Shown here: positions 13,901 to 27,572 of the stretch, piece after piece
Layout: each line of letters begins with the position of its first letter
Position numbering within the stretch: the first letter of the stretch is position 1
IMG/VR virus record: IMGVR_UViG_3300026549_000035
Location: 32,918 to 96,917 of that record
Strand: one strand, 5' to 3'
DNA from: a virus
Length of the DNA stretch: 64,000 nt
Notes under the pieces: model-generated
Database searches by the model: none
Seen by the model: only the letters and a program-made list of their open reading frames with translations
Told to the model about the DNA's origin: nothing
Program-made: the position numbers and the translations under genes

Positions 13901-14853
13901 TTAAATAGCTTGCATCACAATTAAAATCTGAGATGTAGAAATTGGATGATAAAAGAAAATAGCATGAACAAGCAACTAAAACAGGAAATAAAGAAATTAA
14001 AGAAAGTATTGATGATATTACTGATGCAGTTGATGATTTAAGTTATGAGATTTTAAAAAGAGATGGTCTTTTAGATTCATACAGTGATGCTTTAAATGCT
14101 TCTAATGCTTTAAAAGATTCTTTTAAAAGATAGTATGAAACAGCAAGAGAATTAGCTAATCAATATTCTAATGCCGCAGATAGAGCTAGTAATTTATATA
14201 CAAAAACAGTTGATTTAATTAATGCTTAGGTTGCTCTTAACCATGCAAATAATGGAGCTACTTATGTAGAGTGGGGTCCTGGAGGAGTTACAGCAGATTA
14301 TAATGGTAATACTGTTTCTAATGGTGGAAATGGAAATAACTCTAGTAATAAAATTTCTGTTGATAATAAATCTCAGTTTAAAAAAGTAGACCCAAGTAAA
14401 GTAATTTTATGGCAAGATGAATATTATCATTTTAAAAATGGAGATATTTCAAAGATTAATAATAGAGGCGCTAAATATGGATGGGAATGGGATGAGCTTG
14501 GTTATAAATATAAAACAGGTGGTTATACAGGCTCTTGGAATGGACCAGATGTAGAAGAAAATGGAAAGTTAGCTTTCTTACATCAAAAAGAATTAGTATT
14601 AAATGCAGATGATACTGAAAATATGTTAAATGCAGTAAAATTAATCCGTTAGATTAGTGAATCTATTGATTTACAAGCTGCAGTTTAGAGTTCTTATTCC
14701 GTTGGAGCAATTTAGTTCCCTGGAAATAATCAAGTTTTATAGCAAGAAGTTACTATTCATGCAGAATTTCCAAATGCAACTGATCATAATGAAATTGAAG
14801 AAGCATTTAACTCTCTTGTTAATAGAGCTTCTCAATATGCAAATCGTAGTTAA
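4927..14853 (+). CDS. tail tape measure protein, about 3,308 aa, with dozens of TAG sense codons
   Basis: RBS AAAGGAG then ATG 4927. Frame 1 is continuous to TAA 14851-14853, and every in-frame stop is TAG. Hallmark tape-measure blocks are present (LGATTASSSSEISEGISKFASVADTVGLS…TAFKTMFARVEG), with long coiled-coil regions. The C-terminal region is the conserved Gram-positive siphophage block (…KTGGYTGSWNGPDVEENGKLAFLHQKELVLNADDTENM…). Confidence 0.9.
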
Positions 14854-14856
14854 TAA

Positions 14857-14892
14857 AAAAAGAGGAAAAGAATAATCTTTTCCTCTTTTTTC
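14857..14892 (+). terminator. rho-independent terminator
   Basis: AAAAAAAGAGGAAAAGAATAATCTTTTCCTCTTTTTTCTTTT. Confidence 0.7.
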
Positions 14893-14981
14893 TTTTATTT
14901 GGACTAAAATTAATATTTGACTTAAATAAAATTTTATGATAATATAGAAATATAGAGATAAAGGAGTGAATAAAAATAGCT

Positions 14982-17900
14982 ATGTCATAGAATAAAATCG
15001 ATTATCCAGAACAAATTTATAAAGCAATAGATATTATAACTAATAAACGATTAGAAGCTCTTTAGTATGATATTACTATTGAAGCAACTATTACTGATGA
15101 TGCATAGGCTGAAAAAGGTGTTTATACTGTATCTAATGGAAATGCTAGCTTTTTAGCTTATAGTAAAGATTCTGAATATAAAAATAATGATGTAGTTATG
15201 GTAACTATTCCACAAGGTAATTACAATAATCAAAAAATTATTGTAGGAAAAAAAATAAATGAAGAAAAAGAAGAAACACCTATTGAATTTAAAAGACCTT
15301 TTTCTAATTTAATTAATATTACAAATAATATTTTAAGTAATGAGAATTAGAAAAAGGAATATAGTTTTATTGCTAATGGAGAAGAATATTGTTGGGATAT
15401 AACTGCTTCGGATATTTTATAGTCTTCTTATAGTCAAAATGATTATATTTCAATAGATTTATCTGAGATTGGTTATACTCGAGTTGGTGTAAAAGCAGAT
15501 TTTTTAACAACTTTAAAAGAATATCAAGTTGTTTCTGGTAATTATGGACTAGAATTTATTTTAACTTTTTCTAATGATCCTCTTTCAGAGGAAAAAATTA
15601 TTAAAACTTTTTCATTAGATAGTAGTAATTTTTTTGGTAATATATATAATTTAGATATTTATCAAAATTAGGAACTTGTTTTTGATATATCTGATATGGA
15701 AAACTATATTTTAAAAAAGATATAGATTTGTCCATATCAACGGAAAAATTTTAAAAATATAAATAATGAAGATATTTCAAATAAAGTTCCTTTTGATAAT
15801 ATTTTTATTAAAAATATTTATATTTGTTTAGGAACATCTGCAATAGATTTTGATAAAGATTCTGTAAAAATTACTACAAAAAATAGCCTTCTTTATAGTA
15901 AGAATAATGAAAAAAATAATGTAAAGATATTAAATCTTTAGTGGATTCATAAAAATGAAGATAGTAATATAATAAAAGTTGTTCAAGAAGATGAAATTCC
16001 CACTAAATATCATATATGGTGGTATATATATGATAGAGAAAGCTCTGATTTGTATGCGGGAGCAGGATGGAAACGTTTTTATGGATGTAAAACTATTATG
16101 AATCCAAAAACAGGAGATTATTTACTTAAAAAAGAAGAAATTAAAAATGAAGAATTAAATTTAAGATATCCAGAAGATGTAACAGATCATTTAGAAGACA
16201 TCTATTTTTTCCCTAATGGAAATGAACAAACTCAATAGTTAAAAGTTATTATTGTAAAAGAAAAAAATAATATTAATGAAGAAAATGCTTTTACAGATAA
16301 TTCAGATATTTATTTTTATGATAAAATTGTAGAATCAACAATTTTTAAAATTGAAAATGAAAATGAAGTCGCTAATAAACAAAGTATTATAGATGCAAAT
16401 GCATTATCTATTAAAATTGATGATAATTCATACGGAAATTATTGTTTATATAATCGGGCTGGGAATATTTTATTAGGTGAAAATACTAAATTAAGAACTT
16501 TAACGGCAGTTTTTGATCCATATGAAAATGAAGTTTATAATAAACCAATTTTAAGTTAGCCTTATAGTTTTATAAAATGGATAATTCCTGCTTCTAATAC
16601 GATGATAATCCCAATTGTAGAAATTGTCGATGAAACAGAAATTGTTGTTTTATAGTAGCCTTCTAATTATGATATTGAAACTTTTCAAAATAACCATCAA
16701 GGAGTTAATGAATATCCCTTATATGATGAATTGACAGCAGGGAAAGGATATAAAATTATTTATAATATAAGTTAGAAAACTTTTGAATATATTGCAGAAG
16801 ATATTGTTTCTAATCAAATTCCTTTAGTTAAAATTGGTTATTATATTAAAGATTTTTTAAATTATAGTAATAATCGAAACACTATTTCTTTAGAAATATT
16901 AAAAGAAGGTTCATCTTATAACGCTTTAATTAATCTGTCTTTTAGTAATTCTGGAGTTTCTGGTTCAGATTATGATATAAAAGTAGATTGGAGCGATAAT
17001 GCTTTTGATATTAATAAAGGAGTTCTTTCAGGTCGAGTCATTTTAATGAAGGATTAGAATGAAATAGATATTGGTTCAGGAGAATATGAATATAGCTGGT
17101 ATAAAGTAAACGCATTAGATAAAACCTCTAAACAATAGATAAAATTTGATTCTAAAATTGAAACAAATAAAGAATTATATTATCCAGTGACTGATGGAGG
17201 CTCAGATGGAAAACTTAGGACCCATTGCGATTGCATGTATATATATATAAATTCTAAATTTAAATATTATGGTGATAATGGAACTGGTAAACCAAAATAT
17301 TGGTTAAGTGGATATAATAAAGAGTATAATACTGATCAATTAGCTTGGTATGACGTGACAAATAAAGAATTTAAAGAGATAACTTCAATTTCAGATTCTA
17401 ATCCAGCGACATTAAATAAACATCAAGAAAAAATTATTTATAGTAAAACTTCAGAAGATAAAAGAAAAATAATATTTAAACCTTTTGATTTTGTATCTAC
17501 AGATAAGTATAATAATAAAGAAGGTGTAGCTGTTTTTAATAATAAGTCAACCTATTATTATAGCAGTACTCGTAGAGCTTTTGTTAAATGCGATGGTAGA
17601 TATATAATTGATCCATGGAATAAATATAGAGAAGATATCTAGTATTATTATCCTGATTATGCAGATGAAAAAATATATGATTATAATACATATAACATTT
17701 TAAAAATTATAAATGATAATTCTTAGCCCAATTCTTTTATAATTACAGATGATGAAAATCATACTAGAAAACCAAATATGCAAGATTTATATATATTACA
17801 AATTACATTAAATAATTTTATTGATTATCCTTTAACGGCTTATTTTCCAATTGCTTTAAAAAATAGTGATATAAATAAAAATTTTATTGTATCTGGATTT

Positions 17901-19862
17901 GAAGGGCCTACAGAAGTTAGATATTCAACTGATGGAGAATTAGACTTTAATAGAGCAACATATGCTATTAATGCGAGCATGTTAACATCTGAGAGACAAT
18001 ATAAAAGAATCCCATTTTATGAACAAAAAACAGCTTATAAAAAAAATTCTCATCAATATGATCCAATTCATTATTATCATTGGGAAATAATATTGCCACC
18101 AGAAAATGGAAATATTAATTTTTATCCTCAATTAGAAGATTTAGAAACAAAAAAGATTGGTGCAGCAGGCTATTAGCCAATATTAAATCCTCCTGCGGTA
18201 TATTTTGAAAATTAGTCATTTTATGGAGTTTCTTTTGTTGTAGATCAAAATATATATTTTAATGATTATGAAGAAGTAGAAATGCTATCAGATAATAATG
18301 AAGATATTAAAATTCCTAAAAGGACTATTTTATGGACTTAGCCAATATATTCTTATCAAGAAAAATATCCTTCTACAACTTTAAATAATTGGAATGGAAG
18401 AGAGATTTTAACAGATAATAACACAGGTATTATTTTAGCTAAAGGATTTTCCGCAGGAAAAAAAGAAAATGATAATACTTTTACTGGAGTTGTAATTGGT
18501 GATTGGTCAAAAACCGATTCTAATATTTAGTTAACTAAAGATACTGGAATTTTTGGTTTTAATCATGGGGCGATGTCATATGCATTAAAAGATGATGGAA
18601 CAGCTTTTTTTGGAAAGGATGGTAAAGGTCGAATTTATTTTGATGGCAATTCGGCTCAAATTTATTCTGCAAATTGGATAGAACCATCTTATTCTAATGG
18701 TTTATATGATATAAGGAAAAAGGGGATGATGTTAGATGTAGATGATGGCATTATTAATATTATTTCCCCTGATTCAAAAATAGACTTTAAATTTATAACA
18801 GATTCAACTAAACCTAACTTTGAAATTTCTTATTATAATTATGATAAAAATAATGAAAATTTTAAAGAAGAGTTAATGACAGATTTATGGTAGGAATATC
18901 ATAATATATTTAAAATATCACTAACATCTCCATATTTGCGAATTGGATCTACTTCTAAGGAGTTTTATTATGGATCTGACTTTGCAAATCTTCATACTCC
19001 CGCATCAGGAATTACTTATTTTACTGAGTGGATACGTATTAATGATAATGGGGGCTGGATCTGTTCTAATAATTATATGCCAACAGCCTCTAAATGGTTA
19101 AAAACTTCTGGATCTTGTTATTATGTTGCAAGTAAAGAAATTTTTCCTGATAATATGAGTTCTCGTGAATATCATTGTTGGGGAGACAATACAAAATATC
19201 CTTTTTCTGGACTAGTATTAGATTTAACTCATGGAAATCTTGTTTTAGGAAATGATTCTGAAATAAAAGGATACCAGACTGGTCAATGGGCTTCAACTGT
19301 TGAGGGCAGAAAAGAAAGAGTATTTCATATTTCAAATGGTGCAACAAATGAAATGTCTGATAGTGGTGCAATATTATCAAAATATAATAGTTCAAACGAT
19401 TTAGGATATTTTATTTTAGCTTAGACTATTGAATCAACTCCTAACCATATTCTTGAAAGTTCTCATTTACCATATAATGATAATTATAAAGACGTCTTTA
19501 GAGTAGGTTGGAATGGAAATGTAACTTGTAGTGGATAGATATCTTCTGGCTCGTCTATAAAATTAAAAAAGAATATTAATTATAATATTAATAGTGAATT
19601 ATTATATAAATTATCACCTGTATCTTTTTAGTATAAAGAATCTGAAGATATTAATTATGGTTTTATTGCCGAGGATGTTTATAAAATATTACCAGAAGTC
19701 GTTCGAATGAAACACGGTAATTCAAAAGAAATTTTTGGATTAAATTATAATAGTATTTTTACTTTAGCTGTAGCAGAAATCCAAAAATTAAGAAAAGAGT
19801 TAGATAGTTTAAAACAAAAGTTAGAGATAAAGGAGAATAAAAATGAATATGATATTAACTAA
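14982..19862 (+). CDS. tail fibre / distal tail protein with C-terminal peptidase S74 intramolecular chaperone domain, about 1,626 aa
   Basis: RBS AAAGGAGTG precedes ATG 14982. Frame 0 is open to TAA 19860-19862, with all track ORF pieces in frame 0 and only TAG interrupting. The C-terminal 130 aa match the S74 chaperone/autoprotease module of tail fibres (…SSHLPYNDNYKDVFRVGWNGNVTCSGQISSGSSIKLKKNINY…GFIAEDVYKILPEVV…NYNSIFTLAVAEIQKLRKELDSLK). Confidence 0.7.
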
Positions 19863-20223
19863 TAATGAAATTTATAATTATGCAACTTCCTTGTAGGAGA
19901 ATTTTTCTAATAACGAAACAAAATTTCCTATAAAAGTTAATTTTTATTTGCAAAAAAATTTAAATACTTTAATAGAACTTGCGAAAGAGATAGAAAAATA
20001 GCGTATTGAAATTATTCAAGAGTATGGTGTTGAAAATAAAGAAACTCAAAAAATTGAGGTTCCCGCAGAAAAAACTCAAGAAGCAACAGAAAAAATGAAT
20101 GAGCTTTTTGATTTAACTCAAGAAGTTCAAATTTATAAAGTAAAACTTGATGCTTTTGGAGATATTTCTTTAACCCCTGGACAAATGCAAGCGTTATTGT
20201 TTATGATAGATGAAGAGGAATGA
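19843..20223 (+). CDS. hypothetical protein, 126 aa
   Basis: ATG 19843 (RBS AAGGAG) overlaps the fibre gene's 3' end in frame 1. The gene ends TGA 20221-20223 and carries 2 TAGs. Confidence 0.4.
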
Positions 20224-20229
20224 TGCAAA

Positions 20230-22641
20230 ATGGCAAAATTATATCCCCCTACAATAAATGAAAATATTCCTGCTTTTTATAAAGAAAACGGAACAGTAAA
20301 AATTACTGTTCCGTTTTCTATGAATAGGGCAGTTTTAAAAAATGATATCTTTGGCTTTATATTAAAAATAAAAACTGTTCAAGGAAATATTTAGTTAGGA
20401 ACGAAATCTATAAAAGATGGATTGGAACAAATTATTAAAGATAAGAAAGTGATTTTTAGTCTTGAAGAAAATAATTCTGATGATGAAACTTTAATAGAAA
20501 AACTTAGAGTTGGACAATTTTTAAAGGTTCAAATGGCTTATTTAGATAAAAATAATGAAGTTGGATATTATTCTACTGTTGGAATAACTAAATATACTTC
20601 TAAACCAATTCTTTCTATTCAAGGTTTTAAAACTGAAGAAGATGAAGATTATTCCATAAATCATTTTCCTACTAAAATTATTGGAGAATATCAATTAGGA
20701 GAAGATAAGACAGAAAGACCTTATTCTTATAATTTCTCTTTGTATGATGAAAAAGATTAGCTTCTCGAAACTTCTGGATGGATTTTGTATAATAATAATA
20801 TAAACAATACTTTAAATTCTTTAAATACTATTACAACTTTACCGTATTATTTTAGAACTGTTTCTGAACCTAATATTAATTACAAAATAAATTTTTAGGT
20901 AAGAACTATAAATAATTTAGAAATATCTAGTCCTAATTATGAGTGTATGGAAATAAATATTGAAGAGTTGTTAGCTGATGATATTTCTACTGGAACAATA
21001 AAATTAGAAAAATTTAAATTTGATTTAAAAGCGAAAAATAATTTTGAAGAAGGATATATAAAATTAGGTTTTAAAATAGATGAAAAAGTTTTAAAATAGT
21101 TAGAATAGGATGTTCGTGATTTATTAAAAAGATCAAGAGATAATGAATTAGGTATTATAAAAAATTAGAAGGAAGAAAATGCTAAATATCCATCTACGTA
21201 TTCAGGAAATAATTTTTTTAATGGAGAAAACTTTCGATATACTATAACTTATAATTCTCTTCCAAGCGGAGGTACAGCTTATCATTACAATTTATATGAT
21301 GGAGATACTTTAAAAGAAGGAGTTTCTTTTTATTATGATATAAATGATTATCTTTATTATATTAAATTTGTAGATAAAATAGATAATTTAATTACTCATT
21401 GGGAAAATTGTGGAGAATACGAAATTTTTCCAATAGAAGAAAACTCTATATCTTTTGAAATTTGTAGAGCTTCTAATAAAGATAATTTTTTAAAATGGTC
21501 TGTTTTGCAAAGGGTGACTTTTGAAGATACGGTTCAAGCTATGGATTGGAGTTTTAAAGATGTCACTGTTGAACAAGGAGTTCAATATAAATATTCTTTT
21601 AGACAATATAATGATAATGGATTATATTCTAATCGAGAAGAAACTGAATCTATTATGGCAGATTTTGAAGATATTTTTTTATGTGATAATGACAAACAAA
21701 TAAAAATTCGTTTTAATCCAAAAATATCATCTTTTAAAACTACTCGATTAGAATCAAAAATGGATACTATTGGAGGAAAACATCCTTTTATTTTTAGAAA
21801 TGGAATAGTTGAGTATAAAGAATTTCCTATTTAGGGATTAATTTCTTATTATTTAGATGAGAATGAAGAATTTCTTAAAGACTCTTATAAAGAATTAGGA
21901 ATTACTTTTGGTAAAAAGTTAGAACGATTAGGAAATTCAAAAGACTTAAAAGATAATGTTAATTAGCAAATAAAAAATTTATCTACTACCAATTTTGAAA
22001 ATTATAATATTAAAGCTGAAAGAGAATTTAAATTAAAATTATTAGATTGGTTAGGTAATGGTGAAATAAAATTATTTAAATCTCCTTCTGAAGGAAATTA
22101 TTTTGTTCGTTTAATGAATATCTCTTTATCTCCGGAGGATAGATTAAATCGTATGATTCATAATTTTTCTTGTTAGGCATATGAAGTTATGGATTATAAT
22201 TATGATAATTTGCTTAATTTAAATTATTATTCTTTAGAAAATGAAGCAGTTAGATATATTGGAAATATTGAAAATATTTATATTATTAATATTTTTAATG
22301 GGGATTTAACTGATAATCCTAACATTTTAGATGATGAAACTCTCAGCAATAAAAAAATTTATTCTCAAAATAATCAATATTTAGAAATAACTTCATTTAA
22401 CAAAGAAGATAAACAATCTTTGTTATTAAATTTAAAAAAAGATATTATTATAGAAAATGATTAGAATAAAATAGGTCTTGATCATTATTATCGTAGAAAA
22501 AAAGGTTCTACTGATGTATGGAATCCTAAATATTTACAAGGTTCTGTTTCTTTTAACTCATACTATGAATATTGCTTAGGAACTAAAATAATTTTAAAAT
22601 GTCAATCAATAAATATTGTTTATAAAAAGGAAAGTGATTAA
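20230..22641 (+). CDS. tail/baseplate structural protein, about 803 aa
   Basis: ATG 20230 (MAKLYPPTINENIPAFYKENGTVKITVPF…). Frame 1 is open to TAA 22639-22641 across track pieces 20422, 21505 and 22189, with about 17 TAG codons. Confidence 0.55.
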
Positions 22642-22643
22642 AA

Positions 22644-25643
22644 ATGAATAATAATTATGAATTATATGATGAAAATTTTTTAATTGCTCTTTCTGAATAG
22701 CAAAATCGAGAGATATATGCAAGAATTACTTCTTTAGATATAAATGAATTACCTCAAGACTATATTGAAGGAAGAATTACAACTGGAAGTATAAATATTG
22801 ATGGTAACTCATCTGTCCGCAGAACTTGTAATTTAACAATGGTAAGTAATAACAAAGAATTAAAAGATTTTTATTGGGGAATAAAAACTAAGTTTCAATT
22901 GGAGATAGGATTGCGCAATCGCTTATACGGAGAATATAAGGCAGTTGAAGGCGGAGATTATCCAGATATTGTATGGTTTCCGCAAGGAATTTATTTAATC
23001 GCAACTTTTAATACTTCAATTTCCACAAATAGTTTAACTGTTTCAATTTCTGGAAAAGATAAAATGAGTTTATTAAATGGTGATTTTGGAGGATAGCTAT
23101 TTGCTTCTATAAACTTTGGAGAAGAAGAAATTGTTAAAACAGGGGTGGAAGAAGCCTTTTTTAATTCTGCCCCAGAAAATTCTAAAGAACTTATTAATAA
23201 AAATTACTATATAAAATTAGAAAAAATAACAGATTTTAATGAATTACAAGATGAAGAATATAATAATATTAATTCTAATAATCCAAACTTTAAATTCTCT
23301 TTAGAAGAAAATGGTTTGTATTATAAATTTGAAAATACATATATACAAGATTTCTCAGGAATAAAATCTGGTAAACATTACAATATATTTGTAAAAATAG
23401 AAAAACTTTTAAAAGATAAAGAATCTTTAGTTTTTGAGGAAGTTCCAAACATGGTAAATTGGAATTATGGTGAGATTAGAAATAATTACTTAGAATATTA
23501 TTATAAAGAAAACAATAAATATACTCTCAACACAGAAAGTTAGTATGATAAAAATAAACAATATTATAAACTAAATATAGATCTTGAGAAATTACCTGAA
23601 AGTATTTCTGAAGAAGACCCTAATTACATCCATGTTATTCCTATAAATATTTATCAAAAAGATTTTTATTATAGTAAACCAGTTCTTGAACAACCTTATT
23701 ATTCATTATAGTCATCTTGGTATGCTAAAAATAAGAAAGACATTTCTAACTTAAGTAATAATCGAACCTATTATAAATTAAAAACTTTATATGAAACATA
23801 TGAAAATGTAAAAAAAAGATAGGTTCCAATTAGAGAAATTATTAAAGAAGCCGTTCATGCTTATGCTAAAGAGCCTTATCAAAATATTATTATAAAGGAT
23901 TTAGATGAATATGGATTAGAATAGTTAACGTATAAAGGAGATATTCCTTTATATGCTTTATATGACACCAGAGTTGGACAATTTACATAGATACTCATAC
24001 TATCAGACACTGAAGCCGCTGATAAATTTCCGCCAAAAGACAATAAACCTTTTCAATTTATGACTTTAAATACTTTTATGAATGATTTAAAAGATTTTAG
24101 TGATTATACTCCGATAGAAAGCAATATTACCTATAAGGTTATGAAAATTAAATATGGGCAAGATGTTGGCTATAGATTAACTGATTTAACATATGCGGGA
24201 GAATTAATTAGTAAGCCTGGAGAAACTTTAACATCTATTTTTGATAAAATAAAATAGATGCTTGGAAATTTTGAATATTTTTATGATTTAAATGGAAGAT
24301 TTGTTTTTTAGAAAAAGCCAAATTATATTCAAACTACTTTTAGTTAGATAGTAAAAAATGAAGATGAATCTTATGTTAATTATGGAAATAGTAATAGTAA
24401 ATTTTCTTTTAATTTCGAAGGAAATAAGTTAATTTCTTCATTTTAGAATAATCCTACTTTAAATAATGTTAAAAATGATTATAGTATTTGGGGAAAAAGA
24501 AAAACTTTATCTGGGGCTGAGAAAAAAATTCATTTACGTTATGCGATAGATAAAAAACCAGTATATTATAAAAATTTAAAAAACGAGATTTATATTACAA
24601 AAGAATATCAAGGAGAAAAAACTAACGAGATGAAAAATGTTGATTGGCGAGAATTAATATACCAAATGGCATTAGATTATTTTGCGGGATAGGGATGGTC
24701 TGAAAAAAATCCTTTTACTAGTGAAAATAGTGAATAGATAACTAGTCCAGATTATTTTTTATATGAAGTTGGAAGAAGAAATCTAGACTATTATCCTTCT
24801 GGATATACTGGATATGAATAGTATTATACTGACTTGCAAGGTTTTTGGAGAGAATTATATAATCCAAATCCAACTCCAGAACCTGTATATTCTAATCCCA
24901 GTTATAAATTAACTAATATAAATAGATATGAATGGATAGAACCCAAATTGTATGACTATAATGTTAAATATTATTTTTATGATGCAAATCCAGATGAGAT
25001 ATTATCATCAAATCAATATAATAAGTATAATGTTTCACAAGATTCTGAAAAATTTGGTTGGAATATTAATGTTTTTGATCATCCTGAGACTTTAGATTTT
25101 TGGTTTGACTTTTTAGAGAGCGACTTTGAATTAGCGCAATTTTCAGTTCCTTAGCTAGGTCCTCGAAGCAAAGTATCAGAAGAAAGTGACGTTAGCGCAA
25201 TTGATTATGGTCAAGTTCCAGATTTAATTTTTTATACTCCTGATATGACAAAAACCGTTTCTTATGAAGGCAAAGAGGGGACGCAGACTGAAGAAATTAA
25301 GGTATGCGATGAAGCTAAATTAGCACATGAAATAAATGAAAATACAGGATATACTTTTATTTATTTGCCTACTGGTTATTCACAATTTTTTGATATTAGT
25401 TCTCGTAAAGCTAGTTTAAAAGATAAATTAGATGAGCTTTTATATCAAAATAGTTATTGTATTGAAAATATAACTATTACAGCAATTCCTATTTATTATC
25501 TAGAACCAAATACTAGAATCTTTGTTCAAGACAAAGAAACTAATATAGAAGATGAATATATTATTAATAGATTAACAATTCCATTAAATTATAATGGAAC
25601 GATGTCTATTACCGCAAATAAAGCACCTTAGCGCATTTATTAA
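22644..25643 (+). CDS. tail/baseplate structural protein (possible tail-associated lysin or hub-like), about 999 aa
   Basis: ATG 22644 lies 2 nt after the previous stop. Frame 0 (track pieces 22839, 23145, 24060, 24834, 25245) is open to TAA at about 25643, and TAG at 25629 is read through. Confidence 0.5.
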
Positions 25644-25707
25644 TTTTTGACATTCTCAAAAAAATATTTTATAATTAATCTATAGAAAAATAAAAGGAGG
25701 TCTTTTT

Positions 25708-26598
25708 ATGGCAACAACAAAATTTTCTTTAAACGATAAAAATTATAATCTTCCTGACGCAGATGGTTATATTCCAGTAGGTGAAAAAACAAGTGTAGGT
25801 AATCCTGCAACACCAGTATATATGACCAATGGAAAACTAAAACCAATCACTTCTTACAGTGGGAATGCTTATACAGCAACTAAATTAAAAAGTGATAGAT
25901 TGATTTTGGGTGATGCTTATTTAATTGGAACTGAAAATGATTAGAATGAAGCTAAACATTTAAAAACTCTTCCGAGCGCAAAAATTACAGTTGCAGGTCC
26001 ATCAGCAGATCCATATAAACAAACTTTACTAACTCTTGGACATGACGCAAGAAATCAGGGAGCTATAAGAATGTATGATGGTAGTAAAAATAATTATTTT
26101 GCTACTATTTTTGCATCAAACTTCTCTGATTATAGAGAATATCTTTTACCAGATAAAGATGGCGAATTTGCTATTATTTCTGAAGGAAATGATTTAGTAG
26201 AATTTAGAGTTGGTCAAGGAAGTATTCTTCCAGGTAGAGTCGTGCAAGAAGTCGGAGATGGCACTTTAAAGATTGCTTCTGAACGTTTAGCTCGTGGTTG
26301 TGAAATTGTTTCTGATACCTATAGTCTTGCTATTGGTAAAGATGATACTGCTGATCTTCCAATTGCTTTAACTGGTAGAGTTCTTGCTTATCCTGATAAA
26401 GATGCTTCTACTTTTGAGATTGGTGCGCCTGTTTGCGCCGGAGAGAATGGAACTGTATCTCAAATGACTGAAGAAGAAGAAAGAATGTATCCAAGCCGCA
26501 TTCTTGGAACTGTTTCTGAAATTCCTACTTATGGAGTTTGGTCTGAAGGAAATAAAAATATTCCTGTAAATGGACGAATTTGGATTCGTGTAAGATAA
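25708..26598 (+). CDS. hypothetical virion/tail fibre-associated protein, 296 aa
   Basis: RBS AAAGGAGG then ATG 25708. Track pieces 25708..25944 and 26071..26598 share frame 1 and are joined by one TAG. This is the last gene of the + strand structural operon. Confidence 0.45.
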
Positions 26599-26602
26599 TA
26601 AA

Positions 26603-26645
26603 CAAAAAAAAGGGTAAGGAAATAAATTCCTTACCCTTTTATTTT
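26603..26645. terminator. bidirectional rho-independent terminator
   Basis: AAAAAAAAGGGTAAGGAAATAAATTCCTTACCCTTTTATTTT sits between convergent + and - strand genes. Confidence 0.75.
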
Positions 26646-26942
26646 ATTAAATATTTTATTTGTAATTTCAATTATTTCTTCGCCATATGAGGCGATTAAA
26701 TCGGCTATGAGTTCTTCCTAATCAATTGTTAAATTAATACCATAGCTAAACATAGCAGCATGAGTTATTTCGTGACATAATACTTTTTTTAATTTTTGGT
26801 TAGATACTAACTCGCTAATATAAATTAATTTAGTATTATCATCACATGCCCCAAGTGCATATGTTCCATTAGTTCGCTAAATTTTAGGGTGATTAGGGGA
26901 AACTAATTTTATCCCCCAATCAACCCCATTTATATTAAACAT
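26631..26942 (-). CDS. HExxH zinc metallopeptidase-like protein (ImmA/IrrE or SprT-like), about 103 aa
   Basis: Minus-strand reading MFNINGVDWGIKLVSPNHPKIQRTNG…KVLCHEITHAAMFSYGI… has an HEITH motif and 2 TAG codons, then TAA. Confidence 0.45.
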
Positions 26943-27516
26943 TTTGGATTTTTGCAGCTAAAGTATTTATTTTTTTCTAAACGATTGCTTTTTCTTCTGG
27001 AGAAGCTTTATCTAAAAGTTCCATCATATCAGAAGTTAAATCTTGCATATAATTTTCTAACTCTTTTATAGTTTTAGATCTTTCCTGTCCAGTAGATTTA
27101 CTTTCCATATACATTTTTCGTTTCATTGGACTGCGTCCTTCGCGCTCATCGCGAATATATATTGGATAATCTCTTTCGGTGTAGTAACTGCGGCCAGCTT
27201 CTCCCATTGAGTTTGAGGAACTGGAAGTTGAGCTGGAATTGCCTCCATTATTGGACGAGCTGGTTCCAGTCCCCGAGTTGGAAGAGTAATACATCCTTCC
27301 TAAATCACGATCCATGTCACGGTCATATGCAGGATAATAACGCTCGGTATAATAGTAATTATTAGAACCTCGCATCATCATTTCTTCTTTGCGGCTTTCT
27401 TCAGAGCTTTTCATTTGATCATAGATTTCGCAATAATAGACTGCTTCAGCTAAGTCTTTTATCATATCTACTACTTCTCCAAGTTCTTTAGCATCTACAC
27501 ATTTTAAATCGCTCAT
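26935..27516 (-). CDS. Tyr/Ser/Gly-rich low-complexity protein, about 193 aa
   Basis: Track ORF 26977..27516 continues through TAG to TAA at about 26935. It carries repeated YYTER(Y/D)YP(A/I)Y(D/I)RD motifs and a poly-Ser/Asn/Gly tract. Confidence 0.5.
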
Positions 27517-27572
27517 TTGTGCCTAGACTTGAGCGATTAACTAATCCTTTATTGTTTTTAATTGTTCTACCA

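Noticed and set aside
27126-27365. Plus-strand ORF overlapping the Tyr/Ser-rich minus-strand gene
   Set aside because: It is antisense to a gene with a clear RBS and repeat structure, and has no start context.
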